Of a DNA stretch of 63,523 bases, positions 28,034 to 38,095 are shown piece by piece. A program made the translations under genes and the position numbers. Within the stretch, counting starts at the first letter, position 1. Each line of letters starts with the position of its first letter. The notes under the pieces were generated by a model. It was not told the origin of the DNA. It ran no database searches and saw only the letters and a list, made by a program, of their open reading frames with translations. This DNA is from Nanobdellota archaeon (GTDB taxonomy: Archaea; Nanobdellota; Nanobdellia; Woesearchaeales; ARS49). The stretch is from assembly GCA_041305185.1 (NCBI GenBank), contig JBFYLW010000065.1, positions 1-63,523 of the forward strand. Reading direction: 5' to 3'.

Positions 28034-28288
28034 TCATACTTTCTTTAATATTTCGTCATTGAGTTTAAAAACATATAATATATGCTGACTTAATAAACCG
28101 GTTAAAAACGAAGGGACATGTATAAATATTCCGAATAGGCATGCCCAGAATGAGTTGACTTTCGGTTTAAAGCCTTCTTTAGCCGTAACTTTTAGAAGAA
28201 TTCTTCTCGAGTATGTTCTTAAATGTTCACTATTCACAATTATTGTTCTCCTGTTGTATGCTGGTGTTCTAATGCTTAGTTTTTTCAT
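28034..28288 (-). CDS. Small hypothetical protein, possibly membrane-associated
   Basis: Its start overlaps the stop of the upstream methyltransferase. No motifs recognised. Confidence 0.3.
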   Translation of the reverse strand: MKKLSIRTPAYNRRTIIVNSEHLRTYSRRILLKVTAKEGFKPKVNSFWACLFGIFIHVPSFLTGLLSQHILYVFKLNDEILKKV

Positions 28289-28935
28289 GTTTTAGGTTTC
28301 AAAATGAAAAGCATATTGGGTCCGTATGATGGACGAAAAAAACAGATAAGTCTCTCTATCAAATATTTTATTTTCGAACTCTCTGGATTGAAATACAAAT
28401 AATATTCAAATATATCGATACCTTGAGTTTCGCATAATTTTCTAAAAGTAATAGGTGTAAACCAACATGTATGTTCTTCATTTGTGGGTATAACACCTAA
28501 TAATATGCCTCTTAATAAGTTTCTAAATGAAAAAGCATTTGGTGTTGTTATTATTAATATGCCTGAATCTTTTAGGTGCTTTTTACAACATTCTATTAAT
28601 TTTCCGGGATTAGGTAAATGCTCTATCAATTCGCCTGCGACGATAATATCAAATTTCTTTCCCAGATCAAAATTCTGTGCATCACCATATTCTATTCGGT
28701 ATCCATCTTTTTTTAATTTTTCAACTTCCACTTTATCATAATCAAGACCTAGCAAAGATTTTGCATGGTTTTTTATAAATCTATGAAGCCAAAATTTATC
28801 TTTGGCCCTCTCAGCTTCATGATTAACACAGCCTATATCGAGAACATCTTTATCTTTTATTATTTTATATATGACGTCCAATCTAGACCTTATTAATTTT
28901 GGTTTAAGATTCTCTTTTATTATTCTAAGTTTCAT
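28285..28935 (-). CDS. Class I SAM-dependent methyltransferase
   Basis: VLDIGCVNHEAE and DIIVAGELIEHLPNP. Confidence 0.7.
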   Translation of the reverse strand: MKLRIIKENLKPKLIRSRLDVIYKIIKDKDVLDIGCVNHEAERAKDKFWLHRFIKNHAKSLLGLDYDKVEVEKLKKDGYRIEYGDAQNFDLGKKFDIIVAGELIEHLPNPGKLIECCKKHLKDSGILIITTPNAFSFRNLLRGILLGVIPTNEEHTCWFTPITFRKLCETQGIDIFEYYLYFNPESSKIKYLIERLICFFRPSYGPNMLFILKPKT

Positions 28936-30043
28936 TTTGTTTCACTTTTAATATATTACTCCATATTTTTTCATATTTTTCTGCAATTATTGACCAGTCG
29001 AGACTTTCAAGAGCGAATTTTCTCGCTCTCTGTGATTCTTTTTTAAAGTCTGTTTTTTCTAAATAGTTTATAATTCTTTGTGCTCGATCATTTTTATTAA
29101 AATCAACGATTATCCCAACTCCGCTTTCTTCAATTATGTGCGTCAGATTGGGAATATTTGAAAGAATGCAGGGGGTGCCAGTACTTAAGGATTCCAAAAC
29201 AGTCAAGGGCTGACCTTCATAACAGCTGGCCAGTATATATGCAGTAGCCTTGGCGAATAGGCCTGGTAATTTTTCGTGTGGTACGGGTCCCAGCATTCGA
29301 ACGTTTTTACAGTTTAATTCTTTGATGAGTTTCTTTGTATCTTCTATAAGTTCTCCTGTTCCTGCCCAGATAAGACATATTTTATCATTTATTTTTTCTA
29401 TCTCCTTAAGTGTTCTAATAAGTTTAAAGGGACTTTTTTGATAAGTTACTCTACCTACGCAAAGTAAGATTTTCATCTTATTAGTTAAAGCATTAAACTT
29501 CTTTTCTGATAATTTAAATTTATCAGTATCAACACCATTAGGAATATATGTTGGATTTTTTGCTCCTAAATTCAATGCCTCGTCTATCAATGCAGGGCTT
29601 ATAACATTTACATTAAATTTATTTTTTTTATAACAATATTTTTCTATTAATTTCATTACCTTATAATATTGTTTGATATGCCAGGGATAAGGAAAAGTCT
29701 TGTAAATTTCAGCATATTGCACGTATGTTGTATGAATTGTCGCAAAAATCTTATTTGGTTTTATCTTTCGTAAAAATAAAGGATTATGAACCCAAAAAAG
29801 ATCATAATCCTCATAAGATGCAATGATGCACTTTCTTGCCTTTTCCCAAAAGCCTATTAATGCAAGCCCCCCAAATTTACTAATTCTGCTTTCATATTCT
29901 TTGAAATTAATGTCTCCGCAATCAGTTGAGAGGACAGTAATTGAATGACCTTTTTTTTTAAGTTCTTGAGCAACGTAATATGCTACGTTAGCAATTCCGG
30001 ATCCTTTTGGATAATATTCCGACGAACATATTAAAATCTTCAT
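28925..30043 (-). CDS. GT4 (group 1) glycosyltransferase
   Basis: GT-B fold with ...ASCYEGQPLTVLESLSTGTPCILSN (E-x7-E). Confidence 0.75.
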   Translation of the reverse strand: MKILICSSEYYPKGSGIANVAYYVAQELKKKGHSITVLSTDCGDINFKEYESRISKFGGLALIGFWEKARKCIIASYEDYDLFWVHNPLFLRKIKPNKIFATIHTTYVQYAEIYKTFPYPWHIKQYYKVMKLIEKYCYKKNKFNVNVISPALIDEALNLGAKNPTYIPNGVDTDKFKLSEKKFNALTNKMKILLCVGRVTYQKSPFKLIRTLKEIEKINDKICLIWAGTGELIEDTKKLIKELNCKNVRMLGPVPHEKLPGLFAKATAYILASCYEGQPLTVLESLSTGTPCILSNIPNLTHIIEESGVGIIVDFNKNDRAQRIINYLEKTDFKKESQRARKFALESLDWSIIAEKYEKIWSNILKVKQNET

Positions 30044-31020
30044 TTTATCTTCATCTGATTTTTATGCCATTTCCATGCAGTTGTGATAATCTTTTTTAAA
30101 TCATATTTTGGAAACCAACCAAGTTCATTTTTAATCTTGGTTGGATCTGCTACTAAAAAGGGAGAATCTCCTTTTCTTCTGGAAACAAGTTCTTCTTCTA
30201 TCTGAATGCCAGTAATTTGTCTTACTGAAGAAATAACTTCTTTAACTGAATATCCTATGCCGGAACCAATATTATATTCAAAATTATTGTTGGTATTCAG
30301 AATTTTTTTCAATATTAAAACATGTGCTTCCGCCAAATCATTAACGTGAATATAATCCCTGATACATGTTCCATCCTTAGTTGGGTAATCGGTTCCAAAA
30401 ATCTGAACTTTTTTATTCTTTCCAAGGGCCGTTTGGAGTATTAATGGTATTAAATGATTTTCAGGACTATGATCCTCACCGATATCGCCTTCGTCGTCGG
30501 CTCCTGCGGCGTTAAAATATCTCAAAATTCCATAGTTCATCTTTCCAGTGGCATTAATATCTTTTATCAAGTTTTCTATGATAAGTTTAGTGCGCCCATA
30601 TACGTTGCTGGGTGCCTTTTTTGAATCTTCGTTCAACGGTTTGTTTTCGCCAGCAAATATGGCTGCAGTAGATGAAAAAATAATTTTTCTGACACCAATC
30701 ATTTCCATTGCTTTTAGTAAATTTATACTATTAATGACATTATTCTGGTAATATTTCAGTGGATCTAACATTGATTCTCCGACCGAAATAGAACCTGCCA
30801 AGTGAATAACTGCATCCACTTTCTCTTTTTTCAATATTTCCGATATTTTGTCGCTTTCTGAAAGGTCACATTTGTAAAATGGAATTGATTTAGCAACGGA
30901 TTCCCTGTGACCGGTTGACAAATCATCGATAACGACAATATCCATATTTTCTTTAATCAAAAATCTAATAATGTGGCTTCCAATATACCCGGCGCCTCCC
31001 GTGACAAGAATTTTTACCAT
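30040..31020 (-). CDS. galE: UDP-glucose 4-epimerase
   Basis: MVKILVTGGAGYIGSH, YGRTK catalytic pair, GalE-like length. Confidence 0.8.
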   Translation of the reverse strand: MVKILVTGGAGYIGSHIIRFLIKENMDIVVIDDLSTGHRESVAKSIPFYKCDLSESDKISEILKKEKVDAVIHLAGSISVGESMLDPLKYYQNNVINSINLLKAMEMIGVRKIIFSSTAAIFAGENKPLNEDSKKAPSNVYGRTKLIIENLIKDINATGKMNYGILRYFNAAGADDEGDIGEDHSPENHLIPLILQTALGKNKKVQIFGTDYPTKDGTCIRDYIHVNDLAEAHVLILKKILNTNNNFEYNIGSGIGYSVKEVISSVRQITGIQIEEELVSRRKGDSPFLVADPTKIKNELGWFPKYDLKKIITTAWKWHKNQMKIK

Positions 31021-31091
31021 TTGTTTTCAATCTTCAATACGTTTGATAATATAAAAAACCATAGGTTGTTTTGTCATTAACTTGTAAATTA

Positions 31092-31997
31092 TCATACTTT
31101 CATCATCTTTTGAATTATTTTGTAAATATTTAAAAAATTCTCATAACCCGAGAAACTTAACAACAGGGCAATTACTGCTTTAAATGATACGCAAAATTTT
31201 AAAGATTGTTTTAGCAATTCGCGACCACGTTGCATATGATCGCTTAGGAGCCTATAAACTCCTGCGGTGAACAGTAGACTGCTATATTGTTTTTTTAATC
31301 CAAAGCCAAGATAATCTTTTCTGAATTCTTTAATGAAGGATTCATAATCTTCGCCCTGTTTTTCTGCTTTTTTAGGACTAATCAATTTACGCGAAATGCG
31401 ATTTTCGGCATCGTAACTATAAAGCCTGAGAATATTCTCGGAAACAAAAACTCCGTATTTTTTGATAACTCTGTTCCAGAAAAAATTTTCAAAAGCTAGA
31501 TGGGATTCGTCAAACTGATACTCTTTGAACACGCTTCGTTTTACAACTGACAAAAACTCGCCTTTCACCCGCCCCGAAAGCCAGTCCCTATAGAAATATT
31601 TTCCTTCTTTTACTCCAGTATACATCTTGCGAAAATTCTTTTTCTCCACAGTACCAAAAAAATTAATAGGGTGCAGTTTATTGAAATAGCTATCGAGTAT
31701 TGCGCCCCAGTTAGGCACCAGAGCATCATCCGAATCCAAAAGAAGAACAAAATTCCCTCTAGCTTTCTGTACTGCCTTATTTCTTGCTACATTTACTCCG
31801 CAGTTCTTCTTAAAATAAAAATAGCGAACACCTGGAATATTCTTCTTGAAGAGCGTATAAGTTCCATCAGTACTTCCATCATCGACAATTATCATCTCAA
31901 CTTTCCATTTTGAGGGCAACCCATTGAAAACGCTCTTTACAGCGTTCATAATAACCTTTTTTCTATTGAACGTCGGAGTTATAACACTTAGTTTCAT
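31092..31997 (-). CDS. GT2 glycosyltransferase
   Basis: LSVITPTFNR...IIVDDGSTDGT...LLDSDD. Confidence 0.75.
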   Translation of the reverse strand: MKLSVITPTFNRKKVIMNAVKSVFNGLPSKWKVEMIIVDDGSTDGTYTLFKKNIPGVRYFYFKKNCGVNVARNKAVQKARGNFVLLLDSDDALVPNWGAILDSYFNKLHPINFFGTVEKKNFRKMYTGVKEGKYFYRDWLSGRVKGEFLSVVKRSVFKEYQFDESHLAFENFFWNRVIKKYGVFVSENILRLYSYDAENRISRKLISPKKAEKQGEDYESFIKEFRKDYLGFGLKKQYSSLLFTAGVYRLLSDHMQRGRELLKQSLKFCVSFKAVIALLLSFSGYENFLNIYKIIQKMMKV

Positions 31998-32013
31998 TTT
32001 GAAAACAAAGAAA

Positions 32014-33078
32014 TTATTTCAGTCCCTCCAAAACTTTTTCCATTTTATCAGAAATGTTTTTCCAGTCAAATTTAATTTTAACTGTTTTTTGCAAAGCACT
32101 GCTTAGCTTCGAGCGCAAAGCTGCATCACTAATAAGCAATTTAATTTTTTTTCTCAACTCAGAAACATTTCCCGGATGCACCAAAAAACCATTCTTACTG
32201 TCCTCTATAATTTCAGAAGTGCCGCCAACATCAGTAGCAATGACTGCCAGACCCATAGCGCCTGCTTCCAAAACAGAAGTAGGCAAGCCCTCACCATAAG
32301 ACGGATTAACAAGAATATCACAACCAGCAAGAACCTCGCGAACGCCAGCAGAATCCTTCTCACCAACAAACTTATCGCCAAGCTTCTTCAATTCCTGCTC
32401 AAAAGGACCCTTACCAACAACAACAACCTCAACATCCAAATCTTTAACAGCCTTCAACAAGTCCTGAACACCCTTCTCCTTAATCAACCTGCCAACATAA
32501 GCAATCCTGAAACCTTTATGCTTCTTCAATCTGCCATCAAAAAACTTGGTATCAACACCATTATACAAAACCAAACAAGACTTCGCACCAAGCCTTTCAG
32601 CAAACCTGCAAGAAGCCTTAGAAACACCAGCAACAACAGCATTACGCAAAATCCACCTGCCAGCAGTCGCATCAACCAATTTAGCAGTAGCATTAACAAC
32701 AAGGTTAGCATAAGCGACCTGCTTACTACCATGCTCAACGTGCAGCCAAGGAATACCATGATGACGAGCATACAAACCGCCAAACAAAGACAGAGGGTAA
32801 AAACGCGTATTAGTAATTACAACATCCACAACACCAACCTTCTTTGTAATACTTGTAACAAAAGGCAAAGGAAGCCTGCCCGGCAAAACATCAACAGCAG
32901 GAACGCGAACAACATCAATACCATCAATCTTTTCCCGGGCTTTCATACCTTTAAGCTTAGAAGTAACAACCCAAACCTTATGACCTCTCTTAACCAAACG
33001 TTTGGAAGTCTGATAAACATAATTCTCAACACCACCCCTGTGAGGCAGAAAATACGATGAAAAAACAAGAATTCTCAT
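32014..33078 (-). CDS. GT4 (group 1) glycosyltransferase, native strand composition
   Basis: GT-B fold with NPSYGEGLPTSVLEAGAMGLAVIATDVGG. Confidence 0.75.
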   Translation of the reverse strand: MRILVFSSYFLPHRGGVENYVYQTSKRLVKRGHKVWVVTSKLKGMKAREKIDGIDVVRVPAVDVLPGRLPLPFVTSITKKVGVVDVVITNTRFYPLSLFGGLYARHHGIPWLHVEHGSKQVAYANLVVNATAKLVDATAGRWILRNAVVAGVSKASCRFAERLGAKSCLVLYNGVDTKFFDGRLKKHKGFRIAYVGRLIKEKGVQDLLKAVKDLDVEVVVVGKGPFEQELKKLGDKFVGEKDSAGVREVLAGCDILVNPSYGEGLPTSVLEAGAMGLAVIATDVGGTSEIIEDSKNGFLVHPGNVSELRKKIKLLISDAALRSKLSSALQKTVKIKFDWKNISDKMEKVLEGLK

Positions 33079-33755
33079 TTCAGCTTGTGCACCAACATTT
33101 TATAAAAAATCTTCAAAGCATTCCAACTGCTCTGACCATGCTCCTGACTGTACTCAGTATACTTAATAACAACAGGCACCTCAACATAACGCAAATGCTT
33201 CTTCTTAATCTCAGACAAAATCTCGCTGGCGTGCTCCATCCTGTTCATCGTAATCTCAATCTGTTCAGCAGCCTTTCTCGAAAGAGCACGAAAACCATTA
33301 TGCACATCAGTCAACTTAATACCATAAAACAGCCAAACAACCAAAATTCCAATCTTCAAAGTAATCTTACGGAAAAAAGGAACATCAGAACCACCCTTAA
33401 GAAAACGACTGCCAAGAGCAACATCAACCTCTCCATCAACAACAGGCTTAATCAAAGCAGGAATGTCCTCAACACGATGCTGACCATCAGCATCAAAAGT
33501 CACAATAATATCAGCACCATGCCTCAAAGCATAATTGATACCAGTCCTCAAACCAGCACCCTGACCCTGATTAACCTCGTGACGGACAACATACTTAGTA
33601 AACTTCTTAGCAATCTCACTCGTCTTATCCTTAGAACCATCATCAACAACAACCACATTCTTGTAGCCGGCTTTTACTAATTCTTTAACAACAGAACCAA
33701 TACTATGCTCCTCATTATACGCTGCAATAACAATCCACACATTCATAGAAAACAA
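33075..33755 (-). CDS. GT2 polyprenyl-phosphate sugar synthase (Dpm1/AglD/AglJ-like)
   Basis: WIVIAAYNEE...VVVDDGSKDKT...FDADGQH, about 226 aa. It sits divergently next to aglB. Confidence 0.7.
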   Translation of the reverse strand: MFSMNVWIVIAAYNEEHSIGSVVKELVKAGYKNVVVVDDGSKDKTSEIAKKFTKYVVRHEVNQGQGAGLRTGINYALRHGADIIVTFDADGQHRVEDIPALIKPVVDGEVDVALGSRFLKGGSDVPFFRKITLKIGILVVWLFYGIKLTDVHNGFRALSRKAAEQIEITMNRMEHASEILSEIKKKHLRYVEVPVVIKYTEYSQEHGQSSWNALKIFYKMLVHKLK

Positions 33756-33831
33756 TCAATAATTGGGATTTATAAAGGTTTAGAACCAAAAGACACAAAC
33801 TTTTTAAAACCAGCACTGGTACACACACTTT

Positions 33832-36800
33832 ATGGAATTAACAGGGGTGCGGGAAAAGGCTGAGACCTTATGGGTGTTCTTAAAAAAACACGCATTCCTA
33901 ATAGCACTCCTAACAGTTCTAATATTACAATTCGTTCCAAACGGCAACGGAACATACCCTTGGGGCGGAATATGGATGCGAATGCAGGTAAAAGACCTGC
34001 CAATGGCAGAATCCGCAGCAGCATCAAGCGTGGAAAACTACATCACAAACCAAGTCAACACAGAAGTACAACAAAAATACCCCAACTTACCAGAAGAAAA
34101 CAGAAAAAAAGTCGCTGACGACCTAAAGAAAAAAATCAAAGAAGAAAACAAAGACCAATTCGCAAGCGAAACAAAAAGATTAGCCCAAGAAGTCAGAAAC
34201 CAGTATTCTTACGAAGAAAACAACCAAACATTCCTCTACATGCCAGACATAGACCCATACTTCTATCTACGATACGCAAGAAACATTGTAGAAAAAGGAC
34301 ACGTGTATGATGAATTAAAGGACGGAAAGCCATGGGACAACCACATGATAGCGCCAATAGGCGCACCAGCAGACCAAACGTGGCACGCACCAGTGCTCGC
34401 TTTCATCTACCGCATACACTCAATGTTTGACAAATCAACAACTCTAATGAATTCAGCATGCTATTTCCCAATCATATTCATTTTCCTATCATTAATATTC
34501 ACATTCCTCGTAGCATACAGAATCTCAGGACCAGTAGGAGGAATGTTCGCAACAACCTTACTAGCAATACTTCCAGCAGTCATGGGAAGAACACCCTGGG
34601 GACACGCAGACACAGACGCATACAACATATTCTTCCCAACACTAATCATCTGGCTATTATTCGAAGCATTATCTGCCAAAACAGTAAAAAAACAAGCAAT
34701 ATTCGGAGGACTAACAGGTTTAGCATTTGTTTGCTTCGCAAAATTCTGGATGGGCTGGTGGTACCTAATAGATTTTGTAGGTGCAGCATTCGCAATCGCA
34801 ATAATCGCAGACATAATAATGAATTCTGCTTTGCTAAAACAAGGATTCAACCATTTCTGGCAACACTCACAAACCAAAAAGTTTGTAATAATAGGAGTTT
34901 CACTTTTCGTTGTCGGAGCAGTTTTCTCAACATTCACAATAGGCTTTACAAACTTCTTCCCAGGACCAATCATCACAGCAATACAATCAACAGCACTAAA
35001 AGAAGCAGCAGCACCAGGACTCTGGCCAAACACACTAACAACCGTTGCAGAACTAAACCCAGGCTCAATAGCGGCCACGATAAACTCAGTAGGAGGCAAA
35101 CTAGTATTCCTAATAGGAATATTAGGAATCATACTATTACTTCTCAGAAAAGATGAAAAAGGAAAATACGACCTAACATACAGCGCACTGCTCGCCATAT
35201 GGTTCCTGGGAACAATGTACATGGCAATCAAAGGAACACGATTTATTTTACTAATCGGACCAGCATTCGCAATCGCATTCGGAGCAGGAGCAGGAATAAT
35301 ATACCAAAAAGTGTCAGTCCTCGCAGAAAAACACCTGCGCGTCCACAAAATAATAACAGGAGTGCTGATAATAGCAGTCATAGCAATAATTATCATCAAC
35401 CCTGCAAAAGCAGGAGTACACATGGCAAAAGACTCATACAACAGCGTAATAAATGATGTTCCACTCGTAAACGATGCATGGTGGAACACCCTAACAAAAA
35501 TCAAAGACAACAGCCAGCCAAACGCGATAATAAACTCATGGTGGGACTTCGGACACCACTTCAAATATATAGCAGACAGGGCAGTATCATTCGATGGAGC
35601 ATCACAAACACTCCCACACGCACACTGGGTAGGAAGAGTACTACAAACAGACAACGAAGAAGAAGCAATAGCGATATTACGAATGCTCGACTGCGGAGCA
35701 CACACAAGCTATGAAGTGGCACTCGAAACCCTCAAAGAACCACTAACAACAGTCGACTTCATAAAAAGCATAATCATGATGGACAAAGAAACAGCAAGAG
35801 AAGAAATACAAAAAGCAGGAGTGCCAGAAAAAGTATTAGAACTAACACACTGCAACCCGCCAGAAGACTTCTTCATAGCATCAGGAGACATGGTAAGCAA
35901 ATCAGGAGTGTGGGCGCACTTCGGACTATGGAATTTTGACAAAGCAGAAATATGGATAAAATGGCGCTTAATGGACGAGAAAACAGCAATTCCCAAAATG
36001 GCAGAAAGATTCAACATAACAGAAGACGCAGCCAAAAAATTGTACAAAGAAGCAAACAACCTTGACACAGAAGAAGCAGCAAACGCGTGGATAAGCCCAT
36101 GGCCGCATTACGTAATGCAAGACCCGGCATCATGCTCAACAGAAGGAGAACTGCTAAAGTGCGGAAGCATAACAATAAACATGACAGACGGGCAAGCATC
36201 ACTCAGAACAAACCAAGGCACAGGAAACCTCAACAAAGTAATCATCTACGACAAAAAAGGAAACAAAAAAGTGCACGAAACACAAGGCGGAAACAACGTA
36301 GTAGCAATCCTATGGCCAACAGCAAGCGGAATGAACGCAATAGCAGCATTCCCAGAATTAGCAGACAGCATATTCACACGCCTCTACTACATGGGCGGAC
36401 TCGGACTCAAACACTTCAAACCATTCGACACCCAAAGCCAAATATTCGGCGCAGGAATGATATACACCTACAAAATAGACTGGGAAAGCAATGAAAGCTA
36501 CATACCACCAGAACTCATGCCAAAAGAAAAAGTAGAACCAGGAGCACAAGTAACATTCAACTACATAGGATGGACAGAAGAAGGAATATTTGACAGCAGC
36601 ATAACAAACTGGAAAGAACAAAACATCACACAATACGACACCTTTGAAAACTTTGAAACAAAACCAATGACTTTCGTAGCAGGAAAAAGCATGATAATAC
36701 CAGGACTTGAAAGCAGAGTAACAGGAATGAAACCAGGAGAAACAAAAACAGTCACCATACCACCAGAAGAAGCATACGGCACAAACCCGGCAACACACGA

Positions 36801-36852
36801 ACTCGGCAACAAAACACTCAATTTCAAAATACAAATAAAAACAGTACAATAA
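33832..36852 (+). CDS. aglB: Archaeal oligosaccharyltransferase AglB (STT3 family) fused to a C-terminal FKBP-type peptidyl-prolyl isomerase domain
   Basis: Multi-TM N-terminal half with acidic loop motifs (HADTDAYN) and the WWDxG motif as SWWDFGHH. The last ~110 aa (about 36520-36849) read GAQVTFNYIGWTEEGIFDSS...FVAGKSMIIPGLESRVTGMKPGETKTVTIPPEEAYG...LNFKIQIKTV, which is FKBP-like. Confidence 0.85.
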   Translation: MELTGVREKAETLWVFLKKHAFLIALLTVLILQFVPNGNGTYPWGGIWMRMQVKDLPMAESAAASSVENYITNQVNTEVQQKYPNLPEENRKKVADDLKKKIKEENKDQFASETKRLAQEVRNQYSYEENNQTFLYMPDIDPYFYLRYARNIVEKGHVYDELKDGKPWDNHMIAPIGAPADQTWHAPVLAFIYRIHSMFDKSTTLMNSACYFPIIFIFLSLIFTFLVAYRISGPVGGMFATTLLAILPAVMGRTPWGHADTDAYNIFFPTLIIWLLFEALSAKTVKKQAIFGGLTGLAFVCFAKFWMGWWYLIDFVGAAFAIAIIADIIMNSALLKQGFNHFWQHSQTKKFVIIGVSLFVVGAVFSTFTIGFTNFFPGPIITAIQSTALKEAAAPGLWPNTLTTVAELNPGSIAATINSVGGKLVFLIGILGIILLLLRKDEKGKYDLTYSALLAIWFLGTMYMAIKGTRFILLIGPAFAIAFGAGAGIIYQKVSVLAEKHLRVHKIITGVLIIAVIAIIIINPAKAGVHMAKDSYNSVINDVPLVNDAWWNTLTKIKDNSQPNAIINSWWDFGHHFKYIADRAVSFDGASQTLPHAHWVGRVLQTDNEEEAIAILRMLDCGAHTSYEVALETLKEPLTTVDFIKSIIMMDKETAREEIQKAGVPEKVLELTHCNPPEDFFIASGDMVSKSGVWAHFGLWNFDKAEIWIKWRLMDEKTAIPKMAERFNITEDAAKKLYKEANNLDTEEAANAWISPWPHYVMQDPASCSTEGELLKCGSITINMTDGQASLRTNQGTGNLNKVIIYDKKGNKKVHETQGGNNVVAILWPTASGMNAIAAFPELADSIFTRLYYMGGLGLKHFKPFDTQSQIFGAGMIYTYKIDWESNESYIPPELMPKEKVEPGAQVTFNYIGWTEEGIFDSSITNWKEQNITQYDTFENFETKPMTFVAGKSMIIPGLESRVTGMKPGETKTVTIPPEEAYGTNPATHELGNKTLNFKIQIKTVQ

Positions 36853-36893
36853 TTCTGAAAAGTTGCCACTATGGAATAGTCACGTTACGAAAG

Positions 36894-36903
36894 TTTTAAA
36901 TAT
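36894..36903 (+). promoter_or_regulatory. TATA box of the first surface-cluster gene
   Basis: ttttaaatat lies 46 nt before the ATG at 36949, leaving a leader that carries GGGGGG (36937-36942). Confidence 0.45.
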
Positions 36904-36948
36904 CGGGGATATAAGACTACACTAATTAGTTATATTGGGGGGTAAAGA

Positions 36949-38025
36949 ATGACACTTACTGATCTTGTGAGAAAAGGAATTCTAACAGCTGTAGTTGGAG
37001 CAAGCGCACTAATAGCAAAAGATGCATCCGCACAAGGATTTGACAACAAACAAAATTGGGACAAGCCACAACAACAAGCATCACAAACATCTCCTGATGA
37101 AATGGATGCATCATTAACTGCAAGCGCGAAAACTGCACCAAAAGAAACAGCAATCAACATATCAGGATTCTTATCATACAAACACGACGCCATAACACCA
37201 AGCATATACGCAATAAGTTCGTGGCAAAGATTTGAAAATGATAATCCAATGGAAATTTCAGTAAACAGACTAATAACAAACTTCGGAGCATACCTGTGGC
37301 AGGCAAAAGACCTGGAATTATTTATCAACCCCGGAATAGGCGTTGAAAACCAACATTTCACAGGCGCCATAAAAAACAATGCGACCAAAATGATAGTAGG
37401 AGGAGATGCAGGACTTGCAGTTCCTGAAACAGGAACAAGAATATTAGTCGGAGTTTACGGCGGCATAGGACAATATGATGCAGAACTGCAAAGCGGATTC
37501 AAAACAAACGGACAATTTGACACATTCTTCTTAGGCATGAGCGCAACACAAAAACTCTTCGGAACAGGCAAAAAGCCAATACAAACCAAAGGAGAGTTCG
37601 ACCAAAAAGACATAGGAGAAGAATTCAGATACTCAATGCACGCAGCATTAGAAGCAATAACATCAATAGAAAACTACGGAGAACTCAGAAATATAACAGC
37701 AGGAAAACTGCGATTCTCACTACCAAACGTGCTAAACCTGCGTGAATATGGAAGAGACGCAAAAGGAAACATATATGCGAGAGGAACACGATGGCAGTTC
37801 ACACCATATGTAGAAATGGAGACTAGCGAAGCAAGAAGCAACATTTCAATAGCAGTAACAAACGCGAACAGGTATCGAGTCGGAATAACTGCTGAATTAG
37901 AGATCAACGACTATGTGGGAATCAGAGCCGGAACAGGATACCAATGGCACAGAGCTAACACTAACGGTCACATAGACGAAAAAAACGGCATAACACTAGA
38001 AGGATCGCTCGATATTAAACTCTAA
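36949..38025 (+). CDS. Secreted beta-rich protein of unknown function (porin-like sequence pattern)
   Basis: Signal-like N-terminus ...ILTAVVGASALIAKDASAQG. Gly/aromatic-rich alternating segments follow (GIRAGTGYQWHRA, ITLEGSLDIKL at the C-terminus). Confidence 0.6.
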   Translation: MTLTDLVRKGILTAVVGASALIAKDASAQGFDNKQNWDKPQQQASQTSPDEMDASLTASAKTAPKETAINISGFLSYKHDAITPSIYAISSWQRFENDNPMEISVNRLITNFGAYLWQAKDLELFINPGIGVENQHFTGAIKNNATKMIVGGDAGLAVPETGTRILVGVYGGIGQYDAELQSGFKTNGQFDTFFLGMSATQKLFGTGKKPIQTKGEFDQKDIGEEFRYSMHAALEAITSIENYGELRNITAGKLRFSLPNVLNLREYGRDAKGNIYARGTRWQFTPYVEMETSEARSNISIAVTNANRYRVGITAELEINDYVGIRAGTGYQWHRANTNGHIDEKNGITLEGSLDIKL

Positions 38026-38095
38026 GAAACATTTAAATATTAGTGCTACTCTGAAGTAGATATATATTGTATCTTATAGTAATGGGGGGAGAAAA

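Noticed and set aside
34461-35705. 414-aa minus-strand ORF inside aglB. Similar cases are 39347-40105, 40897-41415 and 60101-60643.
   Set aside because: It is antisense to genes with clear family signatures, and it has no start context or motifs. This is the same compositional artefact seen from the other strand.
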